Source: Strigamia acuminata (lineage: Eukaryota). From it: a DNA stretch of 64,000 nt. Where the stretch lies: assembly GCA_949358305.1 (NCBI GenBank), contig OX442314.1:620001-684000 (forward strand), given 5' to 3'. Below, piece after piece: positions 1 to 11,395 of the stretch. The notes under the pieces were generated by a model. That model saw only the letters and a list, made by a program, of their open reading frames with translations. It made no database searches and had not been told where the DNA came from. Every line of letters starts with the position of its first letter. Position 1 is the stretch's first letter. Position numbers and translations under genes: made by a program.

Positions 1-32
1 GTGTCACACTCTAATGGCGTCCTCAATTCTAA

Positions 33-160
33 AATCTACCATATATAAATAAAAATCTAAGTTCGTTTGTTCAAAATCTTAAATCTCCAAAAGTTCTTCA
101 TCGATTTATTTCCACGGGATTTATTTCCACGGGATTTATTTCCACGGGATTTATATGATT
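33..160 (+). mobile_element. Truncated non-autonomous Helitron-like element (5' end plus ATTTATTTCCACGGG repeats) in an SCFD1 intron
   Basis: aagttcgtttgtt...aaatctccaaaagttcttcatcgatt and the tandem atttatttccacggg units match the reverse complement of 45975-46388. Confidence 0.55.
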
Positions 161-202
161 AAATTTACAAAAAGTGTTGTTTTATCTTTTTCTTTCTTTC
201 AG

Positions 203-895
203 TATGTTTTCCAAACTAATGTCGCAAGGATCGCAATTCGTGATGGAAGGCGTCAAGAATTTCGTAGTTAAAAAACACGTGAGTTACTCTCGATAGATAT
301 TTCATCGCACATCTCCCAAATTGGCATAATCAAATTCGCTCCCAAGAATTTACCGGTCACGCGGATCGTCGACGCCTTAATGGAAATGAAATCGCTACAA
401 GAAACGGACGACTACCGTTATTTCGACCCCAAGCTTCTCCGCGTCACCGACAGGTGACCGACCCAACGTTTTGAAAAAGAAATCTATTTCACACGAATCG
501 ATTTTTATTTTTCAGTTCGTCCATTCCACGAAACCGATCACCATTCCAAGAGGTTTTTCTTTCTTTTTTATTCCTCAATTTTGTTTATTTCATTTTCGTT
601 TCGATTCAGGCGATAGTGTTTGTCGTCGGCGGAGGAAATTACATCGAGTATCAAAATTTAGTCGATTACGCGAGAGTAAATATCGAAATATCGATTTTTA
701 ATTATTTGTCTTAATAATTGATTTTTTTTATAGAATAAAAGCAGCGGAAATGCTAAAAGGATCGTTTACGGATGTACAAATCTTCAAAGTCCCAACCAGT
801 TTTTGAAACAAGTAGGAAATTACTCGATTAAAAATATCGTCGACTAATTCGATTTTTGCTCGTTGCAGGTGGATCAGTTGGGGAAAGAGATTTAA
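203..895 (+). CDS. SCFD1: Sec1/Munc18 family protein Sly1/SCFD1, last six coding exons (5' part outside window): 203-278, 347-453, 516-552, 610-675, 734-811, 869-895
   Basis: Joining GT-AG exons gives MFSKLMSQGSQFVMEGVKNFVVKKH-NLPVTRIVDALMEMKSLQETDDYRYFDPKLLR...[24 protein letters not shown]...IVYGCTNL...QLGKEI*, matching the recalled Sly1/SCFD1 C-terminus. Frames are consistent across all introns; TAA at 893-895. Missed by the ORF track. Confidence 0.93.
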
Positions 896-1411
896 GAGGA
901 TTTGTCGCGATTGTTTTTGTATAAATCAAAATGTACCGATATATATATTAAAGATAGACTGAGTGTTTTTTGTCGTCCTTGTTGTTGAGCTTCAGAGAAA
1001 GCGCCGCCATTTGTAATTGCGAAAGGCAGTAAAGTTTGCGAGCGCGTGCTATGTAATTTTCGGCAATCTGACAAGATGGGGGCTCCGAGTACCGCCAACA
1101 CCCTAAACTCTGTCATTAGTCGGAGGAAATGATATTAAAGACCGCTTATTACCGAATTCTTCCGATGTAATAACGAAGGAAGCGCGATTCCGTTGAAAAC
1201 AACAAACAAAAATGGCGTCGCGAAAATGGCGCTAAATTTAAAATTTTTTTATTTTTGTACATTGCGTTTTCAATTCTATTTACAAAATGGATTTTTCGTT
1301 GCATTTCGTGCTGGACGATGATTCACGATGAATCATTCGTTCTTCAGGTAGAACCCGGTTGATTCACTCGCCATCGATCGGCAAAATGGCCAAAAATCAA
1401 ACGAAAACACG

Positions 1412-2563
1412 TCAGCGACACCCGCAACCTTCGACCACCATTTTGTCGTAGTTTTTGAGCACGACTTTGTCGTACTCGTCGACGTAGAGCATCGAGATGG
1501 GCGTCAGTTCGGTCGGGATGCAACAGGCGCGCGGAATGGCGCCCGGCTTGACGGAATTCACCAACGTCTGCACGATGGCGTGGTTGGTCGCATTCATGTG
1601 CTCGGCGAGCGGGAACGAGCACTCGCCGCGGCAGTAAAACGCGTGGTAGCCGGGCGGAGCGACGATCCAGTCGTTCCAGCCGACGTCCGAGAAATCCACG
1701 TAGAGCGCGTGACGCCGGCACAAATCCCGACGTGCTTTGCGGTTCCTCCGCTTCTCCACGTTCCGCCGAGCGCGGGAACTCGCTCCGGGACGTCCGTCGC
1801 GCGTGAACACGAGCAGGACGGGCGAATGCCACGTGTTTTTGCTCGTCAAAAACACGTGTTCTTCTTTCGGAGCTTTTTGCAAACGAGTTTGCGACACTTC
1901 CACCAAAATCCCGTGATTCGCACGCGCGTCGCGGCGCCATCGCGCCACGCTCGGCAACACGTCGAAGCTTTCCCAGCCGGTTCCGCGCACGTCCACCGTC
2001 CGTGTGTCTAATAAACGCAAAATGGGGTCGTCGTCCATCATTTCCGCGCTCAGAACGTCGTAAACGGAGATTTGTTGACGGGTAAACGGAATTTCCGTTA
2101 ATTTCCGGCGGTAAATTCGCAATTCGGCCGCGGTCGGCTGTTCGGAGTCCGGGATGTCGGACAAGTTGAAGCGGAAAACGAAGCGGAAAGGTCCGTTGGA
2201 AACGTCGTCCGGCGTCTCTGAATGAGTGAAAATTAAATTAAAAAACTACAAATTTAAAGGAAAATTACCCGCGTGAGTGTAACTTCGGACGGTGTTGGCG
2301 TCGTTCGTGTCGCGGCGCACGAAATGCGTCGTGTCCGAATATTCGGACGTGAAGCGCCGTTGGAGTTTGTAGAGTTGGAGCAAGGGAGACGAGACGGAGA
2401 CGGAGCCGGCCACGTCTCGTCGCAAACGAGGTCGAGTTTTGAAGCCGAAGAGCTGAAGAAAAGTGGCGAGCACGGCCCGTTCGGGTTGAGCGGGGCCGGG
2501 CTGCACGAAGGCGGCGAGGAGAAGCGCCGCGACGAGCGAGACCGAGACCGAGGCGCGGTGCAT
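1412..2563 (-). CDS. BMP2/4 (dpp): BMP2/4 (decapentaplegic-type) TGF-beta ligand precursor, about 366 aa; exons 2563-2269 and 2217-1412
   Basis: Signal peptide [25 protein letters not shown]; prodomain motifs [27 protein letters not shown]; furin sites RARR/KARR; 7-Cys mature domain [25 protein letters not shown]...[11 protein letters not shown]...CCIPTEL...[10 protein letters not shown] 51-bp phase-1 GT-AG intron (2218-2268) joins the two ORFs in frame. Confidence 0.96.
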
Positions 2564-2733
2564 CGCAGAGAAGCGAGCGAGCGAGTGGAAAGGGTGCGAG
2601 TAATGGATTGACTTTAACAGGCAGAGACAGAGACCAGTTCGAATCGGATGAATGCGCGCGCAACGGCGATGATGTAACGACGGAGTCGAAGGGACCCAAA
2701 ACGGGCCAAAACGGGTCACTCGTTTCGGACCCG

Positions 2734-2741
2734 TTTTTATA
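2734..2741 (-). promoter_or_regulatory. Putative TATA box of BMP2/4
   Basis: TATAAAAA on the minus strand about 170 bp upstream of the ATG at 2563. Confidence 0.45.
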
Positions 2742-3424
2742 GAGCCATTTAAGGGTTTCATAAACAACTGAGATTCATTTTTTTAATTTATTTTTTATTT
2801 TTTTGCGTGTTGGTAAGTGCTGGTTTATTTTCGTTTGATGAGTAATGTTTTTATTTTTAATTTTCGTGTTTTATTGTTTTTATCATTTTGACCTTTAGCG
2901 CGAAACTAGTTAAAGGCCGCTGCATTCCAGAGCTCGACCACCAACGGGTGGGCATCGGATGGAAGGAAATTTGTGCTAAAACGTGGAAAGAATGAGATTT
3001 GTATCATTTGATGAGGGAAAAAAATTTTTGTTTTGAATTATTTGACTGTTTTTCTGCAACCGTGCAACCGTTTGTTTTGAATGTTTTCAACGCAGTGGCG
3101 CTATCTGATGAGAGAAATTTGCGTTTTTTTTATACGGAAATGTAGGAAATATACGGAAATATAAAAAAGAGAATTTAGATTTGGGAATTTGTTTCCAGAA
3201 AATAAATAACGGTTTTTGTTTTTTTTCCTTCTTCAAATTATTCATATTCGGTTGGACCAATCAGAAACGCGTATTTTTTGACTTCGCAATTTGATTTTCG
3301 TTTCAATGGCGGATGCGTGTTGTTGGAGTTAGAAGTTAGAACTTAAGGACTTTACGCACATTTAGTAAGTCCATTTCGATCCAAATCGGGCAAATTGATT
3401 GACAAATTTAATTTTTTTCCAGCA

Positions 3425-4389
3425 ATGGCGTCGTCGGGATTTGATTCGTCCTCCGATGAAGAAACTCAGTCAACCATCGACACTTCGTCTCTGCAGATCG
3501 ATTGGTAAAGCGAATAATAACGGTTTTTAGACTGAAAAATTAATTAATTAAATTAAATCTACAGGATCGATTTGTCGGCGATAGGCTTCCCTAACTCCGT
3601 GGCCATCAGCCAATTGCCAGGCTGCAAATTTAAGAACAATTGGCGCAACTTGAAAAACGATTTGCGCAAGTTTGGAAAAGGAAAAACGAATGGATTTGTT
3701 TTAATTTAATTTAATTTAATTTAATTTGCAGTAACGTTGACCAACGCCGGCATCCAGAGTGTCTACGTGTTGTTGACGAGCGGCGAATTGCGGAAATATC
3801 GAGCGAATAATCTGCTCAACGAATACGATTCGCGGGGCATCGACGTGCACCATTATCCGTTTCCCGACGGCACTGTTCCGACCATCGACACAGTCATGCA
3901 CTTCATCTACGATTTGAAACGAGATCTCGACAAACTGCACAAAATTCTCATCCAGTAAATTTTTAAAAATTAAAAAAATTTTTTAAAATTTTTAATTTTT
4001 AATTTTTTTAATTTTTAATTTTTAATTTTTATTTAATTTTTTTAATTTTCTAGTTGTTATGGCGGATTGGGGAGATCGTGTTTACGTAATTTGCGTGCAT
4101 TATTTTTTCCTGAATTTTAAATAATTAATGAAAATTTTAGTTGTCGCGTGTTTTATGCTGCATTTGGACGATTCTTTGGTTCCGGACGCTGTGATTGAAA
4201 TTTTCCGTTCTATTCGCGGCGCAGGCGCAATTCAGACGGTTAAAGTAATTTATTAAAATAGAAATTTTAAATAATTTTTAAATATTTTGTTTTCCCTTTC
4301 AGCAATACAATTTTATTCAAGATTTTCGCAAATTGAGGGAAATTTACGACCAATCGGCACCGGACGACCCTCGCTCGCTGTCCCGATAA
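3425..4389 (+). CDS. CDKN3: Cyclin-dependent kinase inhibitor 3 / KAP dual-specificity phosphatase; exons 3425-3504, 3565-3665, 3732-3954, 4054-4085, 4141-4244, 4303-4389
   Basis: FDSSSDEE N-terminus, LPGCKFK, GELRKYR, HHYPFPDG, catalytic HCYGGLGRSC, RGAGAIQTVKQYN, C-terminal RSLSR*. Intron 2 requires a GC donor (GCAAGT at 3666). A CCAAT box lies upstream near 3256. Confidence 0.94.
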
Positions 4390-4468
4390 ATTTTCATACA
4401 AAATTAAATTATAACTTGTAAACAACGAACGAAAAATTAATTTCGTCGCATTAAAACATAATCATCGA

Positions 4469-6777
4469 TCAATTTCCGTTTATTTTAACGATCGTGTCGC
4501 TGGCATTGGGCACGGCTGGATTTTGCAGATACGAACTGTAATTCGAATGCGTTTTGAGTTGTCCCACGTGGCCTTCCTGCGCCTGCGTCGTTTTATTGGC
4601 TCCCGTCAATCGCGCCGTGTCGCTGAGCAACTGGAAAGTCGTGTGACTTCGCGTCCAATCGTCTTTGAACACTTGCACCGTCAATTCTTTGACTAAATTC
4701 GACAAACGATCCACAATATGCGCTAATACTAATTGCTCGTTGGCGTCCCGACGAATTCGCACGTGCAGGGAACCAGCCTAAACGAAAAATAAGCGGAAAT
4801 AATTAAAAAAAATTGAAAAAAAGATGAAAATAATTGAAAAATTGAAAAAAAAGGTGAAAATAATTGAAAAATTGAAAAAAAGGTGAAAAAAATTGAAAAA
4901 TTGAAAAAAAAGGTGAAAATTATTAAAAAATTGAAAAAAAGATGAAAATAATTGAAAAATTGAAAAAAAAGCGAAAATAATTAAAAAAATTAAAAAAAGC
5001 GAAAATTAATTGAAAAATAGAAGAAAAAAAGCGAATATAATTGAAAATTAGAAAAAAAAGCGAAAATAATTGAAAAATAGAGCGAAAAAAATAGAAAACT
5101 TGAAAAAAAAAGCGAAAAAAATCGTAAAATTGAAAAAAAAGCGAAAATAATTAAAATATTGAAAAAATAAGCGAAAATAATTGAAAAATAAGCGAAGAGA
5201 TTGAAAAATTGGAGAAAAAAAGCGAAAAGATTGAATTTTCTTATCGATTTTCACCATAACGCCGAGCGACAATGTCCAGAAATGTTCGTTGCGGAACTCG
5301 AGGACCCCGTCGAGTGTGGAGGCCTCGCGCAGACATTTATCCAACTGACCCACGATGTGCGAAGGAGTGGTTTGAAGCAATATTTTGCCGCTGTAAACGC
5401 TCATCGGGAACATGGTACCCCAAGTCATGAGCGCGATGCACACGGCGAACATCGGATCGGCGAAAACAAAACTCCTAATACAATGCTACACTAGTGACTT
5501 GTTTTTCTTTATCTATTAAATCTCGTTTACTTCATTTCCACGAGAAAATGCGTTACTAGCAGCGCGATACCGCCCGAAAACGCAATGAGCACCATCGGAT
5601 TGACGCGCGGCAACAGCAGTCGGCTAAAACCGGGAATTAAATGACACAAACTAAAAAAAAAAAAAATTTAAATTAAATTAAATTTAAAATTAAATTTCGA
5701 TTCCACCTTTGGCTCAAGTCTGCCACGTGCTCCTGCAAGCAACTCGAGCTGGACGCGGAGATGACGTGACCCCAAGCGGACGAATTTGTACAGAAAGTGA
5801 CTATTAAATGCCACACGAAAGCCACGGATCCGGCAACGAGAAAATGACCTCTAGAAATGATTGCAAATCAATAGTTTTCAATGATTTTCCAATATCGAGC
5901 TTACGTGCGCACGTCGGGCCTAAACAAAACCCTTTCGACGCTTTCTTTGATGATGAAAAGCGCTCCCAATTGGGCTAAAATGGTGCAGGAAAACACGGAG
6001 AGAACTTCGAGACGTTCGTAACCGAACGTGTGTGTGGCGGTGGGCGTCTGTTGCTCGATCCAAATGCTCAATAAGCACGTGAGTAACCTGAAATGAATGA
6101 ATTAATTAATTCATCACTAAATTTCGATCGATAATCGATTTAGACGGCGATCTTACACCATGAAATCAAAAATGGTTAAATACGTGTACGCGGACAGAGC
6201 TGAAATATTAAAAAATGCATTTAATTTTATTTTATTTAAATTAATTTAATTTTATTTTACCCATGCTGTTTGATGATTGACAGCGAGCCAATAGGAAAAT
6301 CGTGCACGCAACATTGAGTACACTCAGCCACAGGATTTTCTTGGACTATATAAATACAAAGTTGTGTATTTTTATTTTTTCTAAGTTACGGCGCTCACTC
6401 TTTGGTCCGAATATACAATTTTTAATTGTTTGGCGAACGATGAGAAGATGGTTAAAGTTGGTTTGCTGAATGGTTTGATGAGACCCTGAAAAATATATTC
6501 GTTTTTAGAAATATTTTTATTTTTTAAATTTTATTTGCACTTACAGACGTGTGGGTGGTTTTGTTGGATGGTCCTCTGAGTCGAAGGTCGGTGATTAAGT
6601 CTGTCAAAGGAAATGTGATGGATATTTTGAGGGTGTTTGAGGATTCGAGTGGACATTACCGGGCGTGGCGGAGAGTCTAGGCGTCGTGTTTGATGTTAAC
6701 TTGGCGTCGGGGGATCTGTCGTCGTTGATCACTTCTGGGATGTTGATATTCGTGAAATTGTAGTTTTTCTCATCCAT
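4469..6777 (-). CDS. SLC30A6: Cation diffusion facilitator zinc transporter ZnT6; exons 6777-6660, 6600-6545, 6485-6399, 6345-6261, 6199-6157, 6087-5905, 5850-5707, 5650-5531, 5474-5255, 4777-4469
   Basis: Motifs AYTYLTIFD, FGYERLEVL, LAQLGALFIIKES, LQEHVADLS, GTMFPMSVYSGKILLQTTP, STLDGVLEFRNEHFWTL, HVRIRRDANEQLVLAH match recalled ZnT6; all introns GT-AG and in frame. The first two exons (N-terminal extension) are less certain. Confidence 0.92.
4800..5240. repeat. Intronic A-tract minisatellite (about 10-bp period)
   Basis: Repeated aaaattgaaaaaaaggtgaaaataattg / gcgaaaataattgaaaaa units in the last intron of SLC30A6. Confidence 0.85.
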
Positions 6778-7353
6778 TTTTCCGATTTAAAAATCGTAAA
6801 ATGTAGCGTATGTTTACTAGTAGGACGCCGCCATTTTGGGAGTGGTTCGAGTAATCTTTTTTGAGCAACGGCTATTGGTTAAAATTTTTAAGATACATCT
6901 TCCCATAATTTGTTTATTGTCGCAGATGCGGTAAAAAAGACGATTTTTTTTGTCGGTAATTAGTAAATTTTTATTTATGACCTACGATCAGTCACCTGTC
7001 TTGATTAGTGCGCCTTTTGTTTATAAATAATATCGCAAGATGTCGCTGTTCAGCTGGTAGAAATTAATTTACTCCGTAATTTAATTTCTGTATTTTTACA
7101 GACAATCCAAGGCGGAATTGATAGGGATCGAATTAACCAAACTGGAATATCTGAACAACGTGACCACGGATTCTTTTTGAGTATTTTGGTCTAAAAGTGA
7201 GTTTTTGGACCTAATAGTGAGTTTTTATAATATATATATATATAATTTTGGACCTAATAGTGAGTTTTTTATTATTTATAATTTTACGTCAAAAGTAAAA
7301 TTATAAATAATATCACAAGAAGTCGCTGTTCAGCTGCTAGAAATCGAGGCAGT

Positions 7354-7600
7354 CACATTGTAGTGACCCTAGTGGTCACTAGAAGGGTTAAAGTTAATTT
7401 CCCTTACCAGAAATGTGTCTGGAAATTATTATCTTATATTTTGTATTTTTTATGCCTGGTTGAGGAAATCAGGCATAACTTGGAGAATCCTGTGAGTGGT
7501 TGCCAGGGCAACCAGCCCATGAGTCTTTTATCTAACAGGAAATGCATCCTGTGAGGAGTTTTCCTCCTCAGTCTAAAACCAGTTCTGTCATGAAAAAGTC
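7354..7600. repeat. Dispersed repeat, inverted copy at about 24608-24890
   Basis: cacattgtagtgaccctagtggtcactagaagggtt and gttgccagggcaacc recur in reverse complement near 24840-24880 and 24688-24705. Confidence 0.55.
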
Positions 7601-8171
7601 ACCCAAATATTGCTCTCTGAAAACACTAAAATTCACTGTGGCAATTATGACTACTTTGACATATTTTGGACTCATTCTTGTGTTAACACATTGTTAACAT
7701 GAGAGCTTTGTCTTGCTGTTAAAAGCCTTTAACAGTGGGATTTCCAGTCTTGCTGTGAACAATTTCACAGAGGGATATTTCTTCTTGCTGTTGTGAGAAT
7801 CCAGCAGTGAGATTTCTTCTTGCTTTGTTTGAGCAAAGTGGGAAATTTGTCCCGATCAACAAATTGGATTCGTTGGTAAGTAGAGATTTATTTAGCCCAG
7901 AATTACGTCCGAATTTATTCCACACTACGGAGATTCATCTGATCATCATTGTAAATCCGAATTGTGTCGGAACGTTTTCCCGGAGAAGTGAAAGTTCGGA
8001 AATTTGTTCGTTTCCAGCGAGCGTTGAGTGAAGAACGAGGTTCGAGAGCGAGTGACAAGTCTTCGCCGCCATTTCATCGCCAGCGAAACCCATTGTTGTC
8101 GACGCCGTTTTACTATTATTTTCCATCTTATTTATCATTTAATTATCTCAATGTATAATTTTAGTCTTTAA

Positions 8172-8793
8172 CCCTAGCAGCCCCAACCTAAAAATAAATC
8201 CCTACTCACCCAACCCGGGTCATTTTTGACCCCAAACAAGATGGCCGCCGCAGCGCATGGACGCATGTTCGTGTCCAAATGATTCGATGATTTTTCGGTT
8301 TATTTGACATCTAACTTCAGTTATTTTGGTATTTTTGGTGTGTGATAACATTAGAGTTAATAATAGCAAAACATTACTTTGTAACAAAGGTTAAGCGGCA
8401 ACAATACCGCACCATGAAATACCGCAACACACGGACGGTACGGTACCGGCGGCCATGCACCAGTTCGTCCTAGCGACGTTACGAAAAATCGATCGTTTTA
8501 GTTAAAATATCAGTTGTTTTAGAAAAAAATGATGGTTTTAGTAAAAATAAATATCAGTTTGGACAAAAAAATGACATTTTCGACCTTAAAATTGTGTATT
8601 TAGCCCAAAATCGAAGTTATTAGCAAAAAAAAAAAAATTTACAATTATCAGTCCCCATATTTTTTTTATCGTTGTAAATGATAAAAAAGCAAAATACAAA
8701 AAAAATCAGAAAGAAAAACATTTTTTTTAATAGAAAAAAAAATAAAAAACACTTTCCAGGGTCAAAATTGACCCTAGGTTGGGGTGGGGAGGG
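8172..8793. mobile_element. piggyBac-like non-autonomous element
   Basis: TTAA at 8168-8171 and 8794-8797, CCC...GGG termini, imperfect TIR (cccca acc / ggttgggg) and subterminal gggtca-n-tgaccc palindromes. Confidence 0.75.
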
Positions 8794-9276
8794 TTAATTT
8801 ATCATATTTTTGTATTTCCTTTCCAAAGTTAAGTGAATTTGTTCGCCATAAAAGAATAAATTCAGTAGTTTGTTTTAAGAAATAATTGTAATTACGCAGT
8901 ATTTAGAGTTTTTAGAGATTAAGTTGAGAATTAGTCTGTGTAGGATAAGTCCCGTCGCGGCATCAACGAAAAGGAATATTATCTGTAGTCTTATAGAAAT
9001 ATTTTGGCTTGTTACAACATGTAATTTTGCTTCTTCTGTCTTCTCGCTCCCATTTTTGTACCCTTGCTGGAGATACTGTATACCAGAAGTAACTTTAAAA
9101 TTGTGAAAGAAAGTAAAAAGGCTTTGTCACACAATCTATTCTTGATTTTATTTCTGCATGCACAAAGCTAAAATATCAAGCATTTTAATTGAACAAAATT
9201 TAATTTTTGGACTCCACAGCCAACTGCACAAGTTGCTTGTAACAATTCCCAAACAACTCTGCTGTTTTAGATGCAA

Positions 9277-9470
9277 AAGATCCTGCAAAGTCTGTCAACG
9301 GTTTAAATTTCCCAACTTAAATCCTCCAGGCAGCAAAGTTCGGAAAGACACTGTGGGTCGTTTTGTGTCTACATCTTCATAGTCCTGGAGTCCCTTTCAG
9401 GAATGGTTGATTTGATCACGGTTAAAGATGTTACCACGAGGACAATGCTGGGTGCCTTCAGACAGGCTGC
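9277..9470 (+). pseudogene. Gypsy integrase remnant (more deleted duplicate of 25115-25380)
   Basis: SCKVCQRFKFPNLNP and MVDLITVKDVT are shared with the second duplication unit, with internal deletions. Confidence 0.6.
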
Positions 9471-9488
9471 TTGCATATCGTATATCGT

Positions 9489-10228
9489 TATACTTTCAGA
9501 TTCTCGGTCGTATCAAAATCTCGGGTTTCCGAGACGAGATCCGACGGTCCCGAGACGAGATCTCGTACGAGACCGAGACCGAAAACGAGATTCGACCGTA
9601 CAATGGCGGCCGAGCTCCGGCCGCATACGATCACGCAAATTCGGCCAAAAATCGGCCGCATTCGATCGTACAATTGCAGCCGAGCTTCGGCCGCATTAAA
9701 TCGAACAAATGCGGCAGAAAATCGGCCGCATTCGACCGTATAATTGTGGTCGAGCTCCGGCCGCATACGATCACGCAAATTCGGCCAAAAATCGGCCGCA
9801 TTCGATCATACAATTGCAGCCGAGCTTCGGCCGCATTAGATCGAACAAATGCGGCAGAAAATCGGCCGCATTCGACCGTATAGTTGCGGCCGAGCTCCGG
9901 CCGCATACGATCACGCAAATGCGGGCGAAAATCGGCCGCGTTTGATCGTACAATTGCAGCCGAGCTCCGGCCGCATTAGATCGTACATTTGCGGCCGAAA
10001 ATCGGCCGTATTTTATCGTTGACGTGACGTGACAGTTTGTAGCTGTTACAAGATACAATAAAAATCGTACAATTAACGTTTCGACTCGTATCGTTAATTG
10101 TACGTTTTTTATTGAATCTCGTGTATAATCTCGTGCTGAAATACGAGACCGAGACCGAGATCTCGAACCGAAAAAGGCCCGAGATTGCCGAGACCGAGAT
10201 CCCGAGACGAGCGAGATCTGAAAGTATA
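9489..10228. mobile_element. MITE with 9-bp TSD (Mutator-like) carrying internal 140-bp tandem repeats made of 35-bp subunits
   Basis: TIR tatactttcagat(t)ctcg; GTATATCGT at 9480-9488 and 10229-10237; empty site in the duplicate near 25389-25415; repeat unit starts at 9611, 9751, 9891. Confidence 0.85.
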
Positions 10229-10610
10229 GTATATCGTATATCGTAGCCAGTTATAAGAGATGCTAGGAAATAAGTTCCTCTTTGTAACAAACATGTCTTG
10301 GTATACTTTGTGAACTGATAAAACGTTGTCCTATTTTCTAATTGGCTGAGCCGTATTACGCCTAACTGTGGACTGTGCTCTACTTCGTGGAAAAGTAGTT
10401 CTGTTTTTTTTCAATGAATTACAGTGTAAAAAGTGATTAGAATGATGTTTATTGATTTTATTTATCTGATAATAAAATATTTATTTTATTTGCTAAAATA
10501 AGCTTTTCCCCTTTTAATCAATCAAACGGTTTGTTGGTTTCTTTTGGCAGGTAATCAAAGGTTTAGTTATTTATTGGTTGTTTTGCTTACAAGTTAGTTA
10601 GATTACAATT

Positions 10611-11103
10611 CTGGTGTTATGGGCAACTTTTTTGTAGACTTTGACCGATACCGGTATCGTATCGGCTATCGGCCGATATTTCGATATTCACCGATATCGG
10701 ATACGATTTTTTTTTGCTTGGCCGATACCGATATTGTCACGTTTCTAAAACGTATCGTTTTAGACGAAAACGATACATTTTAGAAAGGTCTTTGAAGCAG
10801 TATATATAAATATAGAAGGTTTGTTTTTAATTTTAATCATTTCAACCTCCGTCATTTGTTCATTTGTTAATTGTTATGTCGCGTAAGCAGCCTCGTAAAA
10901 CTAGTATTGTTTGGAATTATTCCACTGTATGTGAAACGCAATTTCAATTTTGTTTTTGGGGTGGTGGGGGGGTCGGACATTTTAATTTTAATATCGGTGC
11001 AGGTATCGGTATCGGCCGATATTCGATTGCCGATTATCGGTATCGGCGATACTTCAAAATATCGATATCGGTCAAAGTCTACTTTTTTGTGCCATTACAC
11101 CAG
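10611..11103. mobile_element. MITE with CCGATA-rich subterminal repeats; internally deleted at the paralogous site (about 25768-25805)
   Basis: Ends ctggtgttatgg / ccattacaccag and inner inverted repeat gtagactttgaccgata / tatcggtcaaagtctac. Confidence 0.7.
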
Positions 11104-11395
11104 TGATACGGCTGGAATTTGGGCCACGGTTCTGAGTATTGAATGCTCTAATGTAATCGAGTCCTCTTTTCTTTTTCCTTTCCTCTCCCAATCCTTTTTT
11201 TTTATTTTATTTTATCGAATTGAACTCCTCAGGATCTTTATTGTAAGAATATGTCATTCAATAAAATCCACGTTAGACCTGTAAAAACTCCAAAGATTAA
11301 ATTATTTAAAGACAAGAAAGATGATCAATTGCTATGCTTCTATAAACTATTTTATTTCAGTCTGAGGGATGTACAGATTCTTTAAAACATTGCAA

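Noticed and set aside
1344..2767. Several overlapping Arg-rich ORFs around BMP2/4 (and similar ones over nesprin exons and the Gypsy ORF)
   Set aside because: Expected from stop-poor GC-rich coding sequence; only one frame carries family motifs.
5048..5254. Phe-rich C-terminal extension of the ZnT6 ORF
   Set aside because: Read-through into the A-tract intron after the GT donor at 5254.
7600..8140. Coding-like minus-strand stretch (MENNSKTASTTMG...)
   Set aside because: Interrupted by in-frame stops with no recognisable motif; possibly a decayed gene or TE, not supportable as a feature.
9590..10010. Regularly spaced 35-bp repeats resembling a CRISPR array
   Set aside because: The intervening sequences repeat with a 140-bp period rather than being unique spacers; the array lies inside a TIR element in a eukaryotic genome with no cas genes.
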